Source of the DNA: Eledone cirrhosa | Lineage: Eukaryota | NCBI GenBank assembly: GCA_964016885.1 | Contig: OZ024741.1 | Coordinates: forward strand, 227,416,001 to 227,480,000 | Length of the DNA stretch: 64,000 nt | Direction of reading: 5' to 3' | Shown here: positions 41,609 to 56,390 of the stretch, one piece after another | How the letters are laid out: every line of letters starts with the position of its first letter | How positions within the stretch are numbered: position 1 is the first letter of the stretch | Position numbers and translations under genes: made by a program | The notes under the pieces: generated by a model | What the model was told of the DNA's origin: nothing | What the model saw: only the letters and a program-made list of their open reading frames with translations | Database searches by the model: none

Positions 41609-41792
41609 ACGAGTAGGACCCCGACGGCTGAGCTCAAGCTGTTTCGACGGCTAATTCTGTCCAGAATTAGCCGTATATATATTTTGTGAACAATATTTTC
41701 AGTAACTTATTTACTATATCGGTTTCAACACACGTTTTTAGATAAAGAATCTTGCTAAACAAATTCAGAAACGAAATATATATATATATATG

Positions 41793-41995
41793 TAAAAGGT
41801 AAACCGAAATAACAAGACAATTGATACAGTATATGGAAGGGATATATTAGGTTAACGCTTGATATAGCAGGAAGAGTGTCTTAACGTTTCGGACGCTAGT
41901 CCCTCATCAGAAGACAGAATGAGAAATAAGATAGATTGAAGGGACGGGCGGGTTGGAATTGGAAAAAATGTCTTTAGATAAAAATAACCGGTCTA
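41793..41995 (-). mobile_element. About 200-bp microsatellite-flanked element with a minimal HHR (41877..41916); copies at about 46020..46212 (+) and 54368..54570 (-)
   Basis: TGTCTT-CTGATGA-g-GGAC tagc GTCC-GAAA-CG-TT-AAGACA; three homologous copies. Confidence 0.85.
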
Positions 41996-43535
41996 CACAC
42001 ACACACACACACATACATATATATATAATTGTATATGTATAGGCATCTATATATGCACTTATGTATGTATATGTGTATATATGCATAGGTGTATCCCCAC
42101 GCACGTCAAACATACATGCATATTACTTTCTAAGAATTAATTTCTATTCTTTCTCTACACCATGTTTGCTGCTTTATGTAACCACTGCCTAGAGAGTGGT
42201 TACAGACCGTACGATGTTCGCACTTCTGTGGTCGCATTTAAAATAGTTACGTTTAAGACCTCATGTTCTCTCTCCCATTCTCTCTTCCCCTCTCTTTCTT
42301 TCTCTCTTATTCTTAACCCTATTCCCCTTTCCCATCTTTCTCAGTCTTTCCCTCATCTCCCCTCTCTCTCTCTCTCTCTCTCCCCCCTCTCTCTCTCTCT
42401 CTTTCTATCTCTTTATCTTTCTCTGTTTCTTTCTTTCTCTGTATATCTCCCACTTTATATAAGTCGGAATATATCTAATCGTTGTTGCTTTCCTGAGGTG
42501 GGATCTCTGATCAAAAGCATTCCAACCATGACCATCCAAATGTTCTTTTCCTTTTTGAGACACAGTGTTGTACAGTTATATTATCCATTGAGTCCTGTGT
42601 TCTGGCAGACAATATTATGTCATTGAAAATGTATCAAGTTGTTACGTCTATCTGATTAAATTGCATTTTAGAAGCTTCCTCGTTATTACGTTTTGTCACC
42701 TACTGGAGTAAGTAACTATATATATATATGAAAAGAGAAGTAAGGTTCTATACAAAACAGTGGTTATAGAGAAAAGGGGAGGTTGGAATAGCACTGAAAA
42801 TGTATTTAAGAGTCTCTTTTTCTTTTTTTTCTTTTCTTTGATTCGTCAAAGTGGCATTATCGAAAAAATGAGGGGGCCAATTCTTTTAAAAAGAGTTTTA
42901 TAATGTATATAAAGTATATAAAGTATTACCGGTTTCGATGTATTAGTATTTAAGGTAACTTAAAATGCAGTGGGAATATGAAGAAAGCAAGAACAGGGGG
43001 GGGGGGGGTTCCTCATCAGTTGTCTACTGGGGGTCTAGGATATTTCTACGCGTTAAAGAAAAGATACCACTTCACCCCCAGGGCGTCAATAACTGGATAA
43101 GTTATTGGAAAAACGAAGGAAGGAGGGAAGGAAAGCAAAAGGGAAGAAAAGAGAAACAGTAACACAACAGCGAAAAAAAACAACACAAACCGAGCAATAT
43201 GCGAGCAACTATAGGTAGGAAAATCCAAGACCACTCGATAACAGAACTTAAGTTCGAGACCGAGTAATCGAGAGAAATGACACACGTCCCATCGCCGCAG
43301 TTGTAAGTGAGAAGAGAACTGCTAAACGGTCAGACAAGGAAATGAAAGTGAGAGGGAGAAAGGGAGAGGAAGAAAGTGGGGTAAGAGTAGATAGGAAGAA
43401 AGGGAGGGGAAGAAAGAGGGGTGAGAGTAGAAAGTGGCGAAATAGGAAGGTAGAAGGGGAGAGAAGAATGGTCACAGCGAAAAACATGATGAAATATATG
43501 GAGAATAGAAATGGCTGTGTAGTTGCTATTAAAGG

Positions 43536-43597
<62 letters not shown>

Positions 43598-43621
43598 TAT
43601 ATATATGATATATAAAAATAT

Positions 43622-43785
43622 GATTGTTTCTACTTTTGGCACAAGGCCAGCAATTATCCCAGTGTATTACTGGTACTTTATTTTATCGACCCCGTAAGGA
43701 TGAAAGGCAAAGTTAACCTCTGTGGGATTTGAACTCAGACCATAAAGGGCCGTACTTTTTGCTGCAAAGCATGGCGTCCGACCCA
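43622..43785 (-). mobile_element. SINE S1 copy
   Basis: Matches 6039..6200. Confidence 0.85.
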
Positions 43786-43829
43786 AATATAATGCGGTAG
43801 AAATATAGGAAGGTGGGGGGGGCGAGGAT

Positions 43830-45380
43830 GACAAATAAAACAAAATAAAGTAATGTTTTACCCAAACATATTTCAACATGATATTTTAGGACCTAATCCT
43901 CTTTTCAAATGTGAAACGGAAATGGTTCAAAGCAAAAACGAACGATCTATGTGTTATTCCCTAACTGGTTTATGTATGTGAAATACGCGTGCGTGTTGTC
44001 GTTATAATAGCCAATCGGCTACGTGCATTTCTAATCTACCATTTATGTTTCTTTTTCTTAAATTACCTATATTTTCTTCCGTCGCCTCTATGGTTACCTC
44101 AATGTCTCGGCTGCGGTATCTGTCAAGATGTTGTTTGATATAAGATGCTTTCATCATCATGTGCTCCCTTATCCGTGTGTGCAGCATCCAAGCGGTACTT
44201 CCGATGTATGAAGAACTACATTTTTTTTGCGTGTGACCTTGTAAATCCCATACGCTTTCATGAACAGTTCTGCGTTGTTGATGGGACAATCAGAAAGTGA
44301 GCACATATCGTTTGTATGTAGCTCGGTGTCTGTAAAGTAGTCTCCTCAATGAAGGTCCCAAATACGCCAGTCGTATATTCAGGCCCTCATTACAGACGGC
44401 TTATCTGATACCAGCAGTCGTTTTCTCTTTGAAATGCGGCAGATTTAGGTAGTATATGTTACCTCTAAGGGTGCTTGTTCTCCTTCTTCTTCTAAGTGTT
44501 GCTGCCTTGGCCTTCAGATGATTGGTGAGAGAAGTATGGTAGCTACACTAGTTGAAAACTCTCTGGAATTCCAACGTGCTGGTATATTTGTCGCTACACT
44601 CGATGCATCTGTTGCGCATTTTGGCTTTGTATGGAAGGGCAGAATCATGATGCACAGAAATCTCTGCAGGCATTCTTGCAGAGTTTGGTGTACATGAATC
44701 CCTTCATTATGACTCTTAGTATAAAGTTGAGTAGAGAGAGGGATTCATTGGTGTCAGGGAACTCCACCACAATATTCACATCTACGTTTTCGAAGACGTA
44801 AATCTTGACGGCTTCTTCGCGTGAAGTGAGCATAAGGCTATTATCTACATACCTGGAGAAGAAGGAATAAGAGCGACAGGTGGTGAGTGCTGTGCACTCC
44901 AACTGGTCCATGTACCTGATGGCCAGCATGCCTGAGAGACATGACCCCATCGGAAGTCCCAACATTTGTTTGTAGACGGAGCCTTCAAACTGGAAAAATG
45001 TTTTGCACATGACGACAGAGAGTAGCACCTGGATGTCAGCAGCAGTAAACTCGAAACAACTGAGGCGATTATGTTGTCCGTAATTGCGTCGAAAGCCGGG
45101 GAGGGCTGCTGAGTGATACTACACTTAAACTAAATGGATATCTATTCTAAATGTCGTAGGGTTAAGTTCTTTTAGTCTGTTGATTACTTCGTGTGAGCTG
45201 TCTACGTGTCCGGGGAAAGTATGGAGAGATTTAATAAACTTGCGGAAAAGCGTGGGAATTTTGTAGAAAACCATTTATGCCGGAAACAATAGATCTAATC
45301 TTTAACTTGGGCCCTGTTTTATGTTTTAAGAAGATGGTAAAAGGCCAAAGCTTAATAATTCTGGTGATGAAGTTGCATTT
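43830..45380 (-). mobile_element. Decayed Penelope-like element (RT + GIY-YIG)
   Basis: 44645..45028: FQFEGSVYKQMLGLPMGSCLS, RYVDN. 44002..44289: YIGST..LHTRIREH. Confidence 0.78.
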
Positions 45381-45599
45381 AATTCAAAGTCAAGATGGTG
45401 CAAAACAGAACAAAGAGTTGACACAAAGTAACAAAAGTAGTCACTGAACAGGTTACAGAATATGTGACGAAAGCTGACAATCAACAACTAAACAACCATC
45501 CGGTTATTAAACTAACCGACGGGAAATTATAGTAATAAATTGAAGTGAAATTCAACTGATGCTTGTGTTTTTATTGGCACCATGACCTTCACAAAACAT

Positions 45600-45644
<45 letters not shown>

Positions 45645-46210
45645 TGAAAAATGGCGTGCTGCGTTGTTGCGAATATGAACATATGAATAAAAGTAGACCG
45701 AGAAAAGTCCGTCATCAGTAGTCTGCTGACTCTCATTGGTATTTCTTCGCATTAAAGACTAGATACCTAAAATCAGTGCGAGTGATAACTAAATTAAGTT
45801 ATCGGGACAGAGGAAAGTAAACAAACAACTTGGTAGTAACGCAACGTAAAGAGAGAGAAGAAAGACAAGTCAATGAATCTGACAAATCAAATGACGTGAA
45901 GAAAATAGACACGTCCGAGCCACGAGAAAAGTGAGAGAGGAAATAATTAACGCAAGTCAGACGGGAGGATGTGAGAGAGGAGGAGTAGTAGTAGAGAGTA
46001 TATATATATGGACCTGTTAGTTTCATTTAAAGATATTTTTTCCAATCCCACCCCACCCGTCCCTTCAATCTATCTAATTTCTCATTCTTTCTTCTGATGA
46101 AGGAGTAGCGTCCGAAACGTTAAGATCCTCTTTCTCCTATTTCAAGCGTTAACCTAATATATTCCTTCCATATACTGTACCGATTGTGTTGTTATTTCTG
46201 TTTACCTTTT

Positions 46211-46309
<99 letters not shown>

Positions 46310-46310
46310 A

Positions 46311-46340
<30 letters not shown>

Positions 46341-46341
<1 letters not shown>

Positions 46342-49300
46342 AACATAGAAGACGAACGAATGATATTAAAAATGAATCATGGCAACCGTGTCATTTTCAG
46401 ATTGGTGGACGAGCAGAGTGTCCAGATTGTGGAGCATTGCTTTGGAGGCACAAAAAGACGTGGACCACAATGTGCTGTCATAAAGGAGCAGTTCAACTAG
46501 AACCCCTGCGAATGCCGGATGATGAGGAGTCACCGGAGTTTAAAATACTAAGTATGTGGGGTGATCAAGGAGACCGAGGTAGATTACTGCGCAAATATTC
46601 GCAGCAAATTAACAATTCATTAGTTTTAGCATCGCAGAGAGTTAGTGAGATGTTTGAGAGTGGAGCATGGTAACCGAATGTAGTCATTCAAGTCCGTTTG
46701 TATCATTGTATCGGTAATTTAGAAGTTACCCCAGGAGATAGGCCTCGATTCGCTTAAATTTACTTTAACGATCCAGATTATAGTGAATCGGAGGAGGATA
46801 TCAGGATCGGTTGGATGAAGTTGCCGGGAAATATAACTGAACTTGAACGGCAAAGGTTAAGTGATTTGATTCGTGATTTGCAATCATGGCTTAGACAGTG
46901 TAATCCTTATGTTATAGATGTCATGTTGGTGGCTGAACTGAAAAATGTTCAGCAGCAAACATTGGTGATTAAGGCTGACGCAGTGCCAAGGAATCAACAC
47001 GAACGGCGATATAATGCCCCTGAAGGATTTCGTGAAGTTGCTGTGTTGATGAACGATATGCTTGGATCGCGAGATATCGTCCTCAATCGCAGAGATGGTG
47101 GTCTCAAGACTATCAATGAGTCAAATAGGGCATACGATCGATTGCATTATGTTCTTTTCTTCTCAAAAGGTGAAAATGGATGGAACATGTCTGTTCATCA
47201 TTTAGATGATCATGAGAATCAGCATCAACAGAGAGGTGGCAATAGACACAATAATTCGATTCGTGACTTTTACGCGTTCCATTTGAACGAGAGGAATCAA
47301 CAGAGAAATGCGCTATTTCAAGCCAGCAGATTGTTCCAGGAATACTGTTGTATGGCATTCGCAAAGATCGAAAATCAAAGGCTAAATTATATAGCCATCA
47401 GCAACATATCAGAGCTGAATTGTATAATAATATACAGGGTGCGATAACAGCCGATGATGCCAATTACAAGCAAATTGGTCGACGCATCATTTTGCCATCG
47501 TCGTTAATCGGTGGCCCGAGATATATGAACATACGCTATCAGGATGCCATGGCTATTGTCAGAAAGTTTGGAAAGCCAGATTTGTTTATAACGCTTTCAT
47601 GCAATCCTGAATGGACTGATATTAAGGATGCACTTTTTCCAGGACAACAGCCAAAGGACCGTCCTGATATTGTGGCAAGAGTATTCAAAAGATAAGAGGG
47701 AATCTTTGGAGGTATAGTTGCTTTTACATACGTAATTGAATTCCAAAAAAAGAGGATTGCTACATGCACATTTGCTGATCATTTTACATAGAGATTGCAA
47801 ATTGAGATGTGCTGAGGATGTCGAAGCATTGTGTGTGCTGAACTGCCGGAGAATGAGGCACTACGTAACTTGGTGGCAAAGTCAATGGTGCACAACCAAT
47901 GCGGAGTGGTAAATCGGAAAGCGCCTTGCATGAAAAATGGCCAATGCAGTAATCACTTTCCGAAATCTTTTGTCACGAACACTTCCTGGAACGATGGGGA
48001 TGCTCATCCTTCATACAGAAGACGGTCGCCTGCAGATGGCGGTTTGGTCGAAAATGTAAACGGTCGACAGGTTACAAATCAATGGGTTGTGCCATACAAT
48101 CCATATTTGATTATGAAATATCGTTGTCATATTAATGTGGAAATTTGTAGCTCAGTGAAAGCTTGCAAATATCTATTCAAATATGTTTACAAAGATCATG
48201 ATCGGGCAATGATCAATGTCAGGAATGAGGAAGCGAACCAAGGAGATGAAGTTGGCAGGTTCCAGGATGTTCGCTCGATTGGATCTAGCGAAGCTTGCTG
48301 GAGATTTTGATCTCAATGAACGCAAACCCAGCGTTCAGAAACTGACGGTTCACTTAGAGAATAGGCAAATGGTCTGTTTTCAGGACACTAGAAGAGGTGT
48401 CGAAAGAATTGCTAACGCACCACCTCCTAAGACGGAATTGACTGAGTGGTTCAAGCATAATAGAGAAGATGCTTTGAATCCGGATAAAAGGCAACTCTAC
48501 TGCGATTTCCCTTCGCCCTATACGTGGGATAAGAAGGGAAAGAAATGGAATGATAGAAATCAAAAGTTGAGATTCATGACTGTTGGACGGGTTTGTAGTG
48601 TCCATCCCGCATCTGGTGATGTGTTTTATCTCCGAATTCTGTTGCATAATGATTTATCGAGAGGTAAACAGAGCTTCGCTGATTTGAAATCAATCAAAGG
48701 CGTGGAATATGAAACATACCAGGCTGTGTGTCAGCATCTGGGACTCCTTCAGGATGACGCTGAATGGAATAACGTCATGGAAGCTGCAGGAACAACATTG
48801 ATGCCAGCTCAAATAAGGCAGTTGTTTGTCACGATTCTAGGATTCTGCAATCCTGCGGATCCAAGAGAGTTATTTGAACGCCATTGGGGAATTATGGCTG
48901 GTGATTTTAGGCATCATCTTCAGGTCGATGATGAAAATTTGATGAAAGCTATTGCTTTGCTCAATATTGAGCGATTGCCTTGAAGTTCATTTCAAATGTT
49001 TAACAGATTTCAATTTGCCAATTCCTGATGAATAAATGCAGCAACGTGTCTTAGCATTAAACATGAGATTGCAGCTTAGACGGTTGCCACTCGATCGGAG
49101 GGAACTATTCCAGTTTGAATCACTGGAACAGCAACGTATTGTGGATGAACGTATGCCAATGTTGACCCAATCTCAGAGAGAATTGGTCGATGGCGTTCTC
49201 CACTCGATTTTCACTAATGAGCAGCTTTGTTCTTTCATAGATGCTCCAGGAGGCACCGGAAAGACATTCTGTTTCAACACTATGTTATCGGCAGTCAGAG

Positions 49301-50900
49301 CTCAGAGGAAGATTGTTCTCCCTGTTGCCACCAGTGGGATCGCTGCCACTTTGCTGAGTGGCGGAAGGACCTTCCACTCATGCTTCAAGGCTCCATAGGC
49401 TCCGGATGAGTTGAGTGTCTGTAACATTACAGGACAAAGTGAACTCGCGGGCCTTATACGCAATACGTCTCTGATTATTTGGGACGATGCTCCAATGGCA
49501 CACAGATATTTGCTGGAGGCATTGGACAGAACTTTGAGAGATATCTGCGGTAGTGATCTGCCATTCGGTGGTAAGACTATCGTTCTTGGTGGCGATTTCA
49601 GACAGGTGCTACCAATTGTTAGGAATGCTCAAAGAGCGCAAATTGTCGATGCATGTCTGAAAAAGTCCCTGTTGTGGCGCCATTTCAGAGTTTTGCGATT
49701 ACACGATAATATGCGACTTCGTATGTTCGGGCAAAACGAAGAGGCTGAGACATACGGCCGATGGTTGATGCAGTTGGGAAACGATGAATTGCCACACGTT
49801 GGTGATAATCAGACTGTAAGAATCCCAGACCATTTGGTCATGCCACTGGACCGCCAAACATTGATTGACTGGGTGTTCCCTAATTTGAATGATTTTTGGC
49901 AGAATATCTCCTGGATATCGGAACGCGTTTTCCTAACTCATACGAATGCAACAGTCGATGAAATAAATTCACAAGTAGCCGGAATGTTTCCTGGTGAGGA
50001 ATGGTTGACCGTCAGTGCTGATGCAATGGAGCCTAATCAGCAGAACAATATGGATGTTGCGACTGAGTATCTGAATTCACTTCAAATACCCGGATTTCCC
50101 CCACATATTTTGAGGTTGAAAAGGGGTATGCCGATTATATTGCTTAGAAAATCAATCATAAAATGGGTCTTTGCAATGGTACCAGATTGATTGTTGAGAG
50201 GTTCATTAACAGAAGTGTTTTAGAAGCTAAAATCCCAGGCAGAGGAATCGGTTCTCATTCCGAGGATCATGCTGAGACCAAGTGAAGATCTGCTGCCATT
50301 CATTTGGCAAAGGAGACAGTTTCCCGTCAATTTGGCCTTCTCCATGACTGTCAACAAGGCACAGGGACAGACTTTCAAGCGAGTCGGTGTCTACTTGAAT
50401 GATCCAGCATTCAGCCATGGGCAGCTGTATGTTGCTGCATCTCGAGTGTGCGATCCTGATGGTGTAAAATTTACAATTGATACCACTAACAGAGGAACAA
50501 CCCTGAATATTGTCTATAATGAGGCTTTTAGCTGATGTATGCATATCTTTAATGCTATCAATAAGCGAAGTAAATGATTCGGACATTGGTGTCCTTTGAT
50601 CAGTATTGTGAGCTTTGACAGAGTTATCAACTATGTTTAATGTCATTTAATGTCGTTATGAGCAATAAAAACAAACAAGTATTGGTAAAAATTGCTTTCA
50701 CTGCTATGTTGCGCAATAAATACCAACAAGTATTGGTAGAAATTGCCTTCACTGCTATGAATATTCGACGTAAATGATTCAGACATTGGTGTCCTTTGTG
50801 AGCTTTGACAGAGTTATCATTTATGTTCAATGTCATTTATTGTCGATAATGAGCAATAAAACCAGCAAGTATTGGTAGAAATTGACTTCAAATTTATCGC
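46341..50900 (+). mobile_element. Decayed autonomous-type Helitron (Rep HUH/Y2 domain + Pif1-like helicase)
   Basis: FITLSCNPEW, YVIEFQK..LHAHLL, KYLFKYVYK, DAPGGTGKT, GGDFRQVLP and QFPVNLAFSMTVNKAQGQT across frameshifted ORFs 46437..50535. Tandem repeats at 50570..50890. Confidence 0.93.
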
Positions 50901-51277
50901 TTCTGATAGCGTGGTAATAAAACCTCATCATATGCTGAATCTGGAAAAAAGTTTGGTGCCTATGGCCGGCCAGGGCTAGAGTAATATTGAAAAACGATTC
51001 TATTTTCGAAGTAGAAGGATCCGCCATTTGGAGTTCAAACCAGGCCACCTCCCCGAATTGAACTCTGGGCAATATCGACTGTCTATTACTCAGTGCCTAA
51101 GAGCCTGGAAATTACTGAATACATTTTTGTGTCATATCATTTTTTGTTTTATTATTATAGCTGACCACTTATAGATAAGCATGTTATCCATATCCATATT
51201 AATTTGGCATTTGTATAAACCATTTCAAGTAAATATATATATATTAATTATCAAGTAAATATATATTATATTAATTA

Positions 51278-51636
51278 TCTATATCTATATCTACATATAA
51301 TATAAGAGATTGGAACTTCCACCATCCTTTTGAGAAACGTGGAACAACCACGTCTATGCAATGATACACGTTTTACAGTCAGGAAGAAGATGAACCATCT
51401 CCTAGAGGTCACTATTCTAGGTGGGAGCACCTAGACTTGTTCATATACTATGCATAAACGGTACAACGAAGAATCTGGTATATCTGGAAGATTTTCATTA
51501 CTGTTTTTTGTATCACACAGACGCCATGGACTCGTCTCATACTGTAACCAGACAAACATTCAATACAGTCATTTTATCTTTTACCTGTCTTCTCTTATCA
51601 TCTGTTTACCCGGGCGAAGCTGGGTACGTCAGCTAG
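51278..51636 (+). mobile_element. Internally deleted non-autonomous Helitron
   Basis: A|TC start (tctatatctatatc). 3' hairpin cccgggcgaagctggg then CTAG|T. Helicase remnants PRLCNDTR and GTTKNLVY. Confidence 0.82.
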
Positions 51637-51781
51637 TATAATAAATTTTTAAATGCACAGACTTTTTATGGCGGCTATTTTCGTCTGTATAACATATGGA
51701 TATCCTCCTACCTTCACCACATGCCAGTTTCAAATGGAAATCATATCTTCGCTGCGGTACTTGTTAATCGAGGGTCTAGGA

Positions 51782-52094
51782 CAGTGATTCCCAACGTGGG
51801 GCGCACACCCCACAGGGGGACGATTTGAAGATTTAAGGGGGCCATTTGAAAATGATGTTAATGAGAACAAACCTCAGATTTTACTTTATTACTTTTACAC
51901 CAAGGCAACAATGATGCTCATTACTGTCAGAAACCCCTGTCTCACCTCCTCCATATGTTATTGTGCATTTGGCATCACTTACCAATTTCGTTTCACTTTG
52001 CAGTTGATCGTTGCTGTTTTAATGTCAAAGGAGGACATAACAATTTTTTAGATGTTGAGGTGGGGCATGGTGCACAAACGGTTGGAAACCACTG
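51782..52094. mobile_element. hAT (Charlie-like) MITE
   Basis: TIRs CAGTGATTCCCAAC and GTTGGAAACCACTG. Imperfect 8-bp TSD gtctagga / gtatggga. Confidence 0.78.
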
Positions 52095-52786
52095 GTATGG
52101 GATGTTACAGTAATTAAAGTCCGGCATATTTTGCGAAAATAAAGCAGAAAAGAAATTAGAATGCAGAAGGAAATACTATTGTATGGAATTCCATCGAAGT
52201 CAATTTTGCCTTTCATACTTCTGGGTAGATGAGATAGAATTCCAGTCGAGTACGGGAATCAGTTTAATATGTGGCCTTGTGCCAATGCTAGAATTCAATA
52301 TTGCCAAGCGTTCGTACCTTTAAATTGCATATTAATAACGCCAGGAGGGTTCATTTTTATACTCTGGTTTTTGTTATTGCCAATAATGGAGGAAAATGTA
52401 CAGAATATGGTCAAGGTAACTATAGAGACCATATATCTAGACCTTGTCCGGTTCGACATATGAAGAAATCGATTACAAAATGGAGATCCGCTAATGGTAA
52501 TAAGTTGAAAACTGAGTGAAAATATATCTGCAACAGGGTTAGCAGCATGATGAAATGTGTTGCTAACTGCCAGCAAAACAGCAATGTAATCAGACACTGG
52601 CAAACTGGAGAAAGGAACTGGAAATATAGCAACAAATTGATGGATAAGTAGATATATAGATATATAGGTTAATATATATATATGAAAAGAAATATATATA
52701 TACATATATTTAATATAGAAAAGGCTTCTTCTACAGGACTAGAATTGTTTCATTCGGGAGAAATCACATATTAAATATATTAAATA

Positions 52787-53677
52787 CTAGCCGAATTACC
52801 CACGCCTTGTTACGTTTCACACATTTTTTTTGTAAGAAAATGATGATTGATTTTAAATCAGTGATATAATTTATGGAGAAAAACTCTGCATTTCAATATT
52901 ACTCAATGTAAAATGTAATGCATAAAAAATTGGAAACATTATTTTTTTGTAATATATCAAATCAAAATTACAATATTAAATCTATTTTCTTATTTTATTT
53001 CTTGCAAATAATATTTTTCAAAATATCAATTCAAAACTTTTGTGAATAGGCATCATATGTTGTCATTTACCTATGGTTTAAATTTCATATAAATGGAAGG
53101 GTAAAAGTTTTCAGCGGGGCTTTCTGCCCCCGGGAAACCCCGATAGGGGGTTTAACCCCCATTAGCGTGTCTTAATATTATTGAAATTTGCTGAAATTTT
53201 GTGAATAGGCATCATAAGTTGTCATTTACCTATGGTTTAAATTACATATAAATCGAAGGGAAAACATTTTCAGCGGAGGTTTTCCGCGGGGGTTTTGTGA
53301 CCCTGGGGAACCCTTTGATTAAAATGAAATGTACTTATCCAAGTACCCTGGGAAATGTAGTTTCAAAATTTATATGGTTATGGGCGTCTATTTCCAAAAC
53401 TATGGGAGAGTTCGTGAAATCTTGTTCCATTTATTGGCCAACATTTTCACTATTAGGGTGTCTTAATATTATTGAAATTTGCTGAAATTTTGTGAATAGG
53501 CATCATATCTTGTCATTTACTTATGGTTTAAATTTCATATAAATCGAAGTATCTTGTACCCAAGTACCCTGGGCAATGTAGTTTCAGAATATGTATGGTT
53601 ATGGGGTCTATCTCCAAAACCATAGGAGTAGTTCGTGAACAAACAAACAAACAGGAATACAACTTTATATATATAGA
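52787..53677 (-). mobile_element. Non-autonomous Helitron with internal triplicated block
   Basis: Minus strand A|TCTATATATATAAAG ... CTAG|T. The block tttgtgaataggcatcata..tatggtttaaatt occurs at about 53039, 53198 and 53489. Confidence 0.72.
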
Positions 53678-54117
53678 TAAATTGTTATAATTTGGGAGAG
53701 TCATGTTGCCAATAAAGACACGCGCACCTGTTGGTTTTTACTTCAATATATCTTAAATTTCTGGTTGGTTGGTTAGTTTGATAACAGAATGGTTGTTTAT
53801 ATAGTGTCAAATCTCTTTCATCACATATTCTGTGACCTCCTCAGCGACTAGGTTTTTACTCAGAGGGTCGATTGATCGAAGAAGATCGATGTATTGACTA
53901 ACATGGTAGTGGATAGGCTACTACCAATTTTTAGTCACAAAATTCCTGTTCGATTAACCGTCTTCAGAAACACGAGATTTATATGCGTTCTACGCCTACT
54001 ACTCTTATTCCCCCTCCCGCTCTCTTCTATTTCCTCCATCATTGGGACACACAAACTACGCGCTTCCACCTTTTATATTTTTATATTTAGATGTAGCAAA
54101 TATAATCACAGTTCAAT

Positions 54118-54193
<76 letters not shown>

Positions 54194-54222
54194 CATATAT
54201 ATACACACACACATGTATATAT

Positions 54223-54373
<151 letters not shown>

Positions 54374-54601
54374 GTAAACAGATATAACAACACAATCGGC
54401 ACAGTATATGGAAGGAATATAATAGGTTAATGCTTCAAATAGGAAGAAGAGGGTCTTATCGCTTCGGACGCTAGTCCTTCATCCAAAGAAAGAATGAAAA
54501 ATTAGAAAGATTGAAGGGACGGGCGGGGTGGAATTGGAAAATATGTTTTTAGGTAAAAATAACAGGTCCATTCTTGTTGCGATCTCTTATATATATATAT
54601 T

Positions 54602-54749
54602 TCGTAGAGACCTGAAAATCCGCCTCTTCATTGCTGTAGTGGAGTCTGTGCTGCTGTATGGGTCTGAGACTTGGACACTGACCAAGAAACTCACTCAGAT
54701 GGTGGATGGGTGCTAAACGAGAATGCTGAGGATGGCTCAGAACATTAAT

Positions 54750-54752
<3 letters not shown>
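54602..54752 (+). mobile_element. Internal RTE fragment (same family as 15752..15941) between TA tracts
   Basis: Near-identical ttcattgctgtagtggagtctgtgctgctgtatggg... sequence. Confidence 0.85.
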
Positions 54753-54812
<60 letters not shown>

Positions 54813-54816
<4 letters not shown>

Positions 54817-55092
54817 TAAAAGGAAAAGAAAATGCTGACAAATTGTTCCCAGTGAAAAATAGTTTAATTAGGAATAATTAGCCTAGTTTAATTAGGAATA
54901 TACAGATTAGAGCAAACATCACGAGCGCTCTATCTCAAAATTATTTTTGAAAAGCATTAGAAATGCGCAACCGGTAAAAACTGAAAACCAAAACTGAATA
55001 CTAACCAATACTTATTACTAATTTTTACTTATTCCTAATTAAACTATTTTTCACTGGGAAAAATGTGTCAGCATTTTCTTTTCCTTTTACCA
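54813..55092. repeat. TA-flanked element with about 65-bp inverted arms
   Basis: tggtaaaaggaaaagaaaatgctgaca...taggaataa and its reverse complement at about 55029..55092. Confidence 0.8.
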
Positions 55093-55128
55093 ATATATCA
55101 CAACTCGTGTGTTACACCTCTATTCTTT

Positions 55129-55274
<146 letters not shown>

Positions 55275-55325
55275 GAGTCTGCAGTGTTGTCACCGAGGAG
55301 ACAATAGGAGTGATAATATTTTTCT

Positions 55326-55505
55326 GGATTGGCAGTATCGGTAGAGGGTCGGACGCCATGCTTTCCAGCATACTTACGTCCCTTTACGATCTGAGTTCAA
55401 ATCCCGCCGAGGTTGACTTTGCCTTTCATCCTTACGGGGCCGATAAAATAAAGTACCAGTAATGAACTGGGTTATTGCTGGCCTTGTGCCTAAAGTAGAA
55501 ACAAA
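55326..55505 (+). mobile_element. SINE S1 copy
   Basis: tggcagtatcggtagagggtcggacgccatg..gagttcaaatcccgccgagg. Confidence 0.87.
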
Positions 55506-55583
55506 TATTTTTCACCTCAGTACGCCCTTGATTAGGCTTGCTGAACACACATGCCGAAACCACTTGGCGTTGTAGTCCAGATA

Positions 55584-55621
<38 letters not shown>

Positions 55622-55805
55622 ATATATATATATATATATATACTGATACATATACACGTAAATGTAAATACACACACACATATATATATTTATATCTTTA
55701 TATATATATAGAAAGAAAGAGAGAGAGAGAGTGAAAGAGAGATATACATACGCACACACACATAAATATTATATATATATATATATATATTACATATAAG
55801 AAATA

Positions 55806-55836
<31 letters not shown>

Positions 55837-55989
55837 CATACATATATAAATATATGTATATAAACATATATATATTTATATATGTGTGTGTGTGAGTGTG
55901 CGTGTGCGTACGAATGCATCTCTCTCTCTCACTCTCTAACTTCCTCTCTATATATAAAAGAGAGAAAGAGATACGCACTCACATACATA

Positions 55990-56308
55990 CATCCGTCGGT
56001 TACGACGAAGAGTGTTCCAGTTGATCCGAAGAACGGAACAGCTTGCTCGAGAAATTAACGTACAAGTGGCTGAGCATTCCACAAACACGCGTACCTTTAA
56101 CGTAGTTCTCAGGAAGATTCAGTGTGGCACAGAATATGACAAGGCTGGTCATTCGAACAAACAGAACAACTCATTTTTTCCAGCTGAGTTTACTGGAGCA
56201 ACGTGAAATGAATTGTCTTGCTCAAGGTCACAACGTTCCGCCGAGAATCGAACTCACGACTTTACGATTGTAAAACGAATAACCTAACCAGAAAGCCACG
56301 CGCCTTCA
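55990..56308 (-). mobile_element. tRNA-derived SINE (family S3); 3' domain also at about 19580..19770
   Basis: Head ggcgcgtggctttctggttagg..gtgagttcgattc and central gaccttgagcaagaca domain. Confidence 0.8.
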
Positions 56309-56390
56309 CAAACACACGCACACACAGACATGCATACATACATACAACACACACACATACATACATACATACATACATACATACCCACGT

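Noticed and set aside
42920-43030. Separated HHR halves on the minus strand
   Set aside because: Stem I strands are not complementary.
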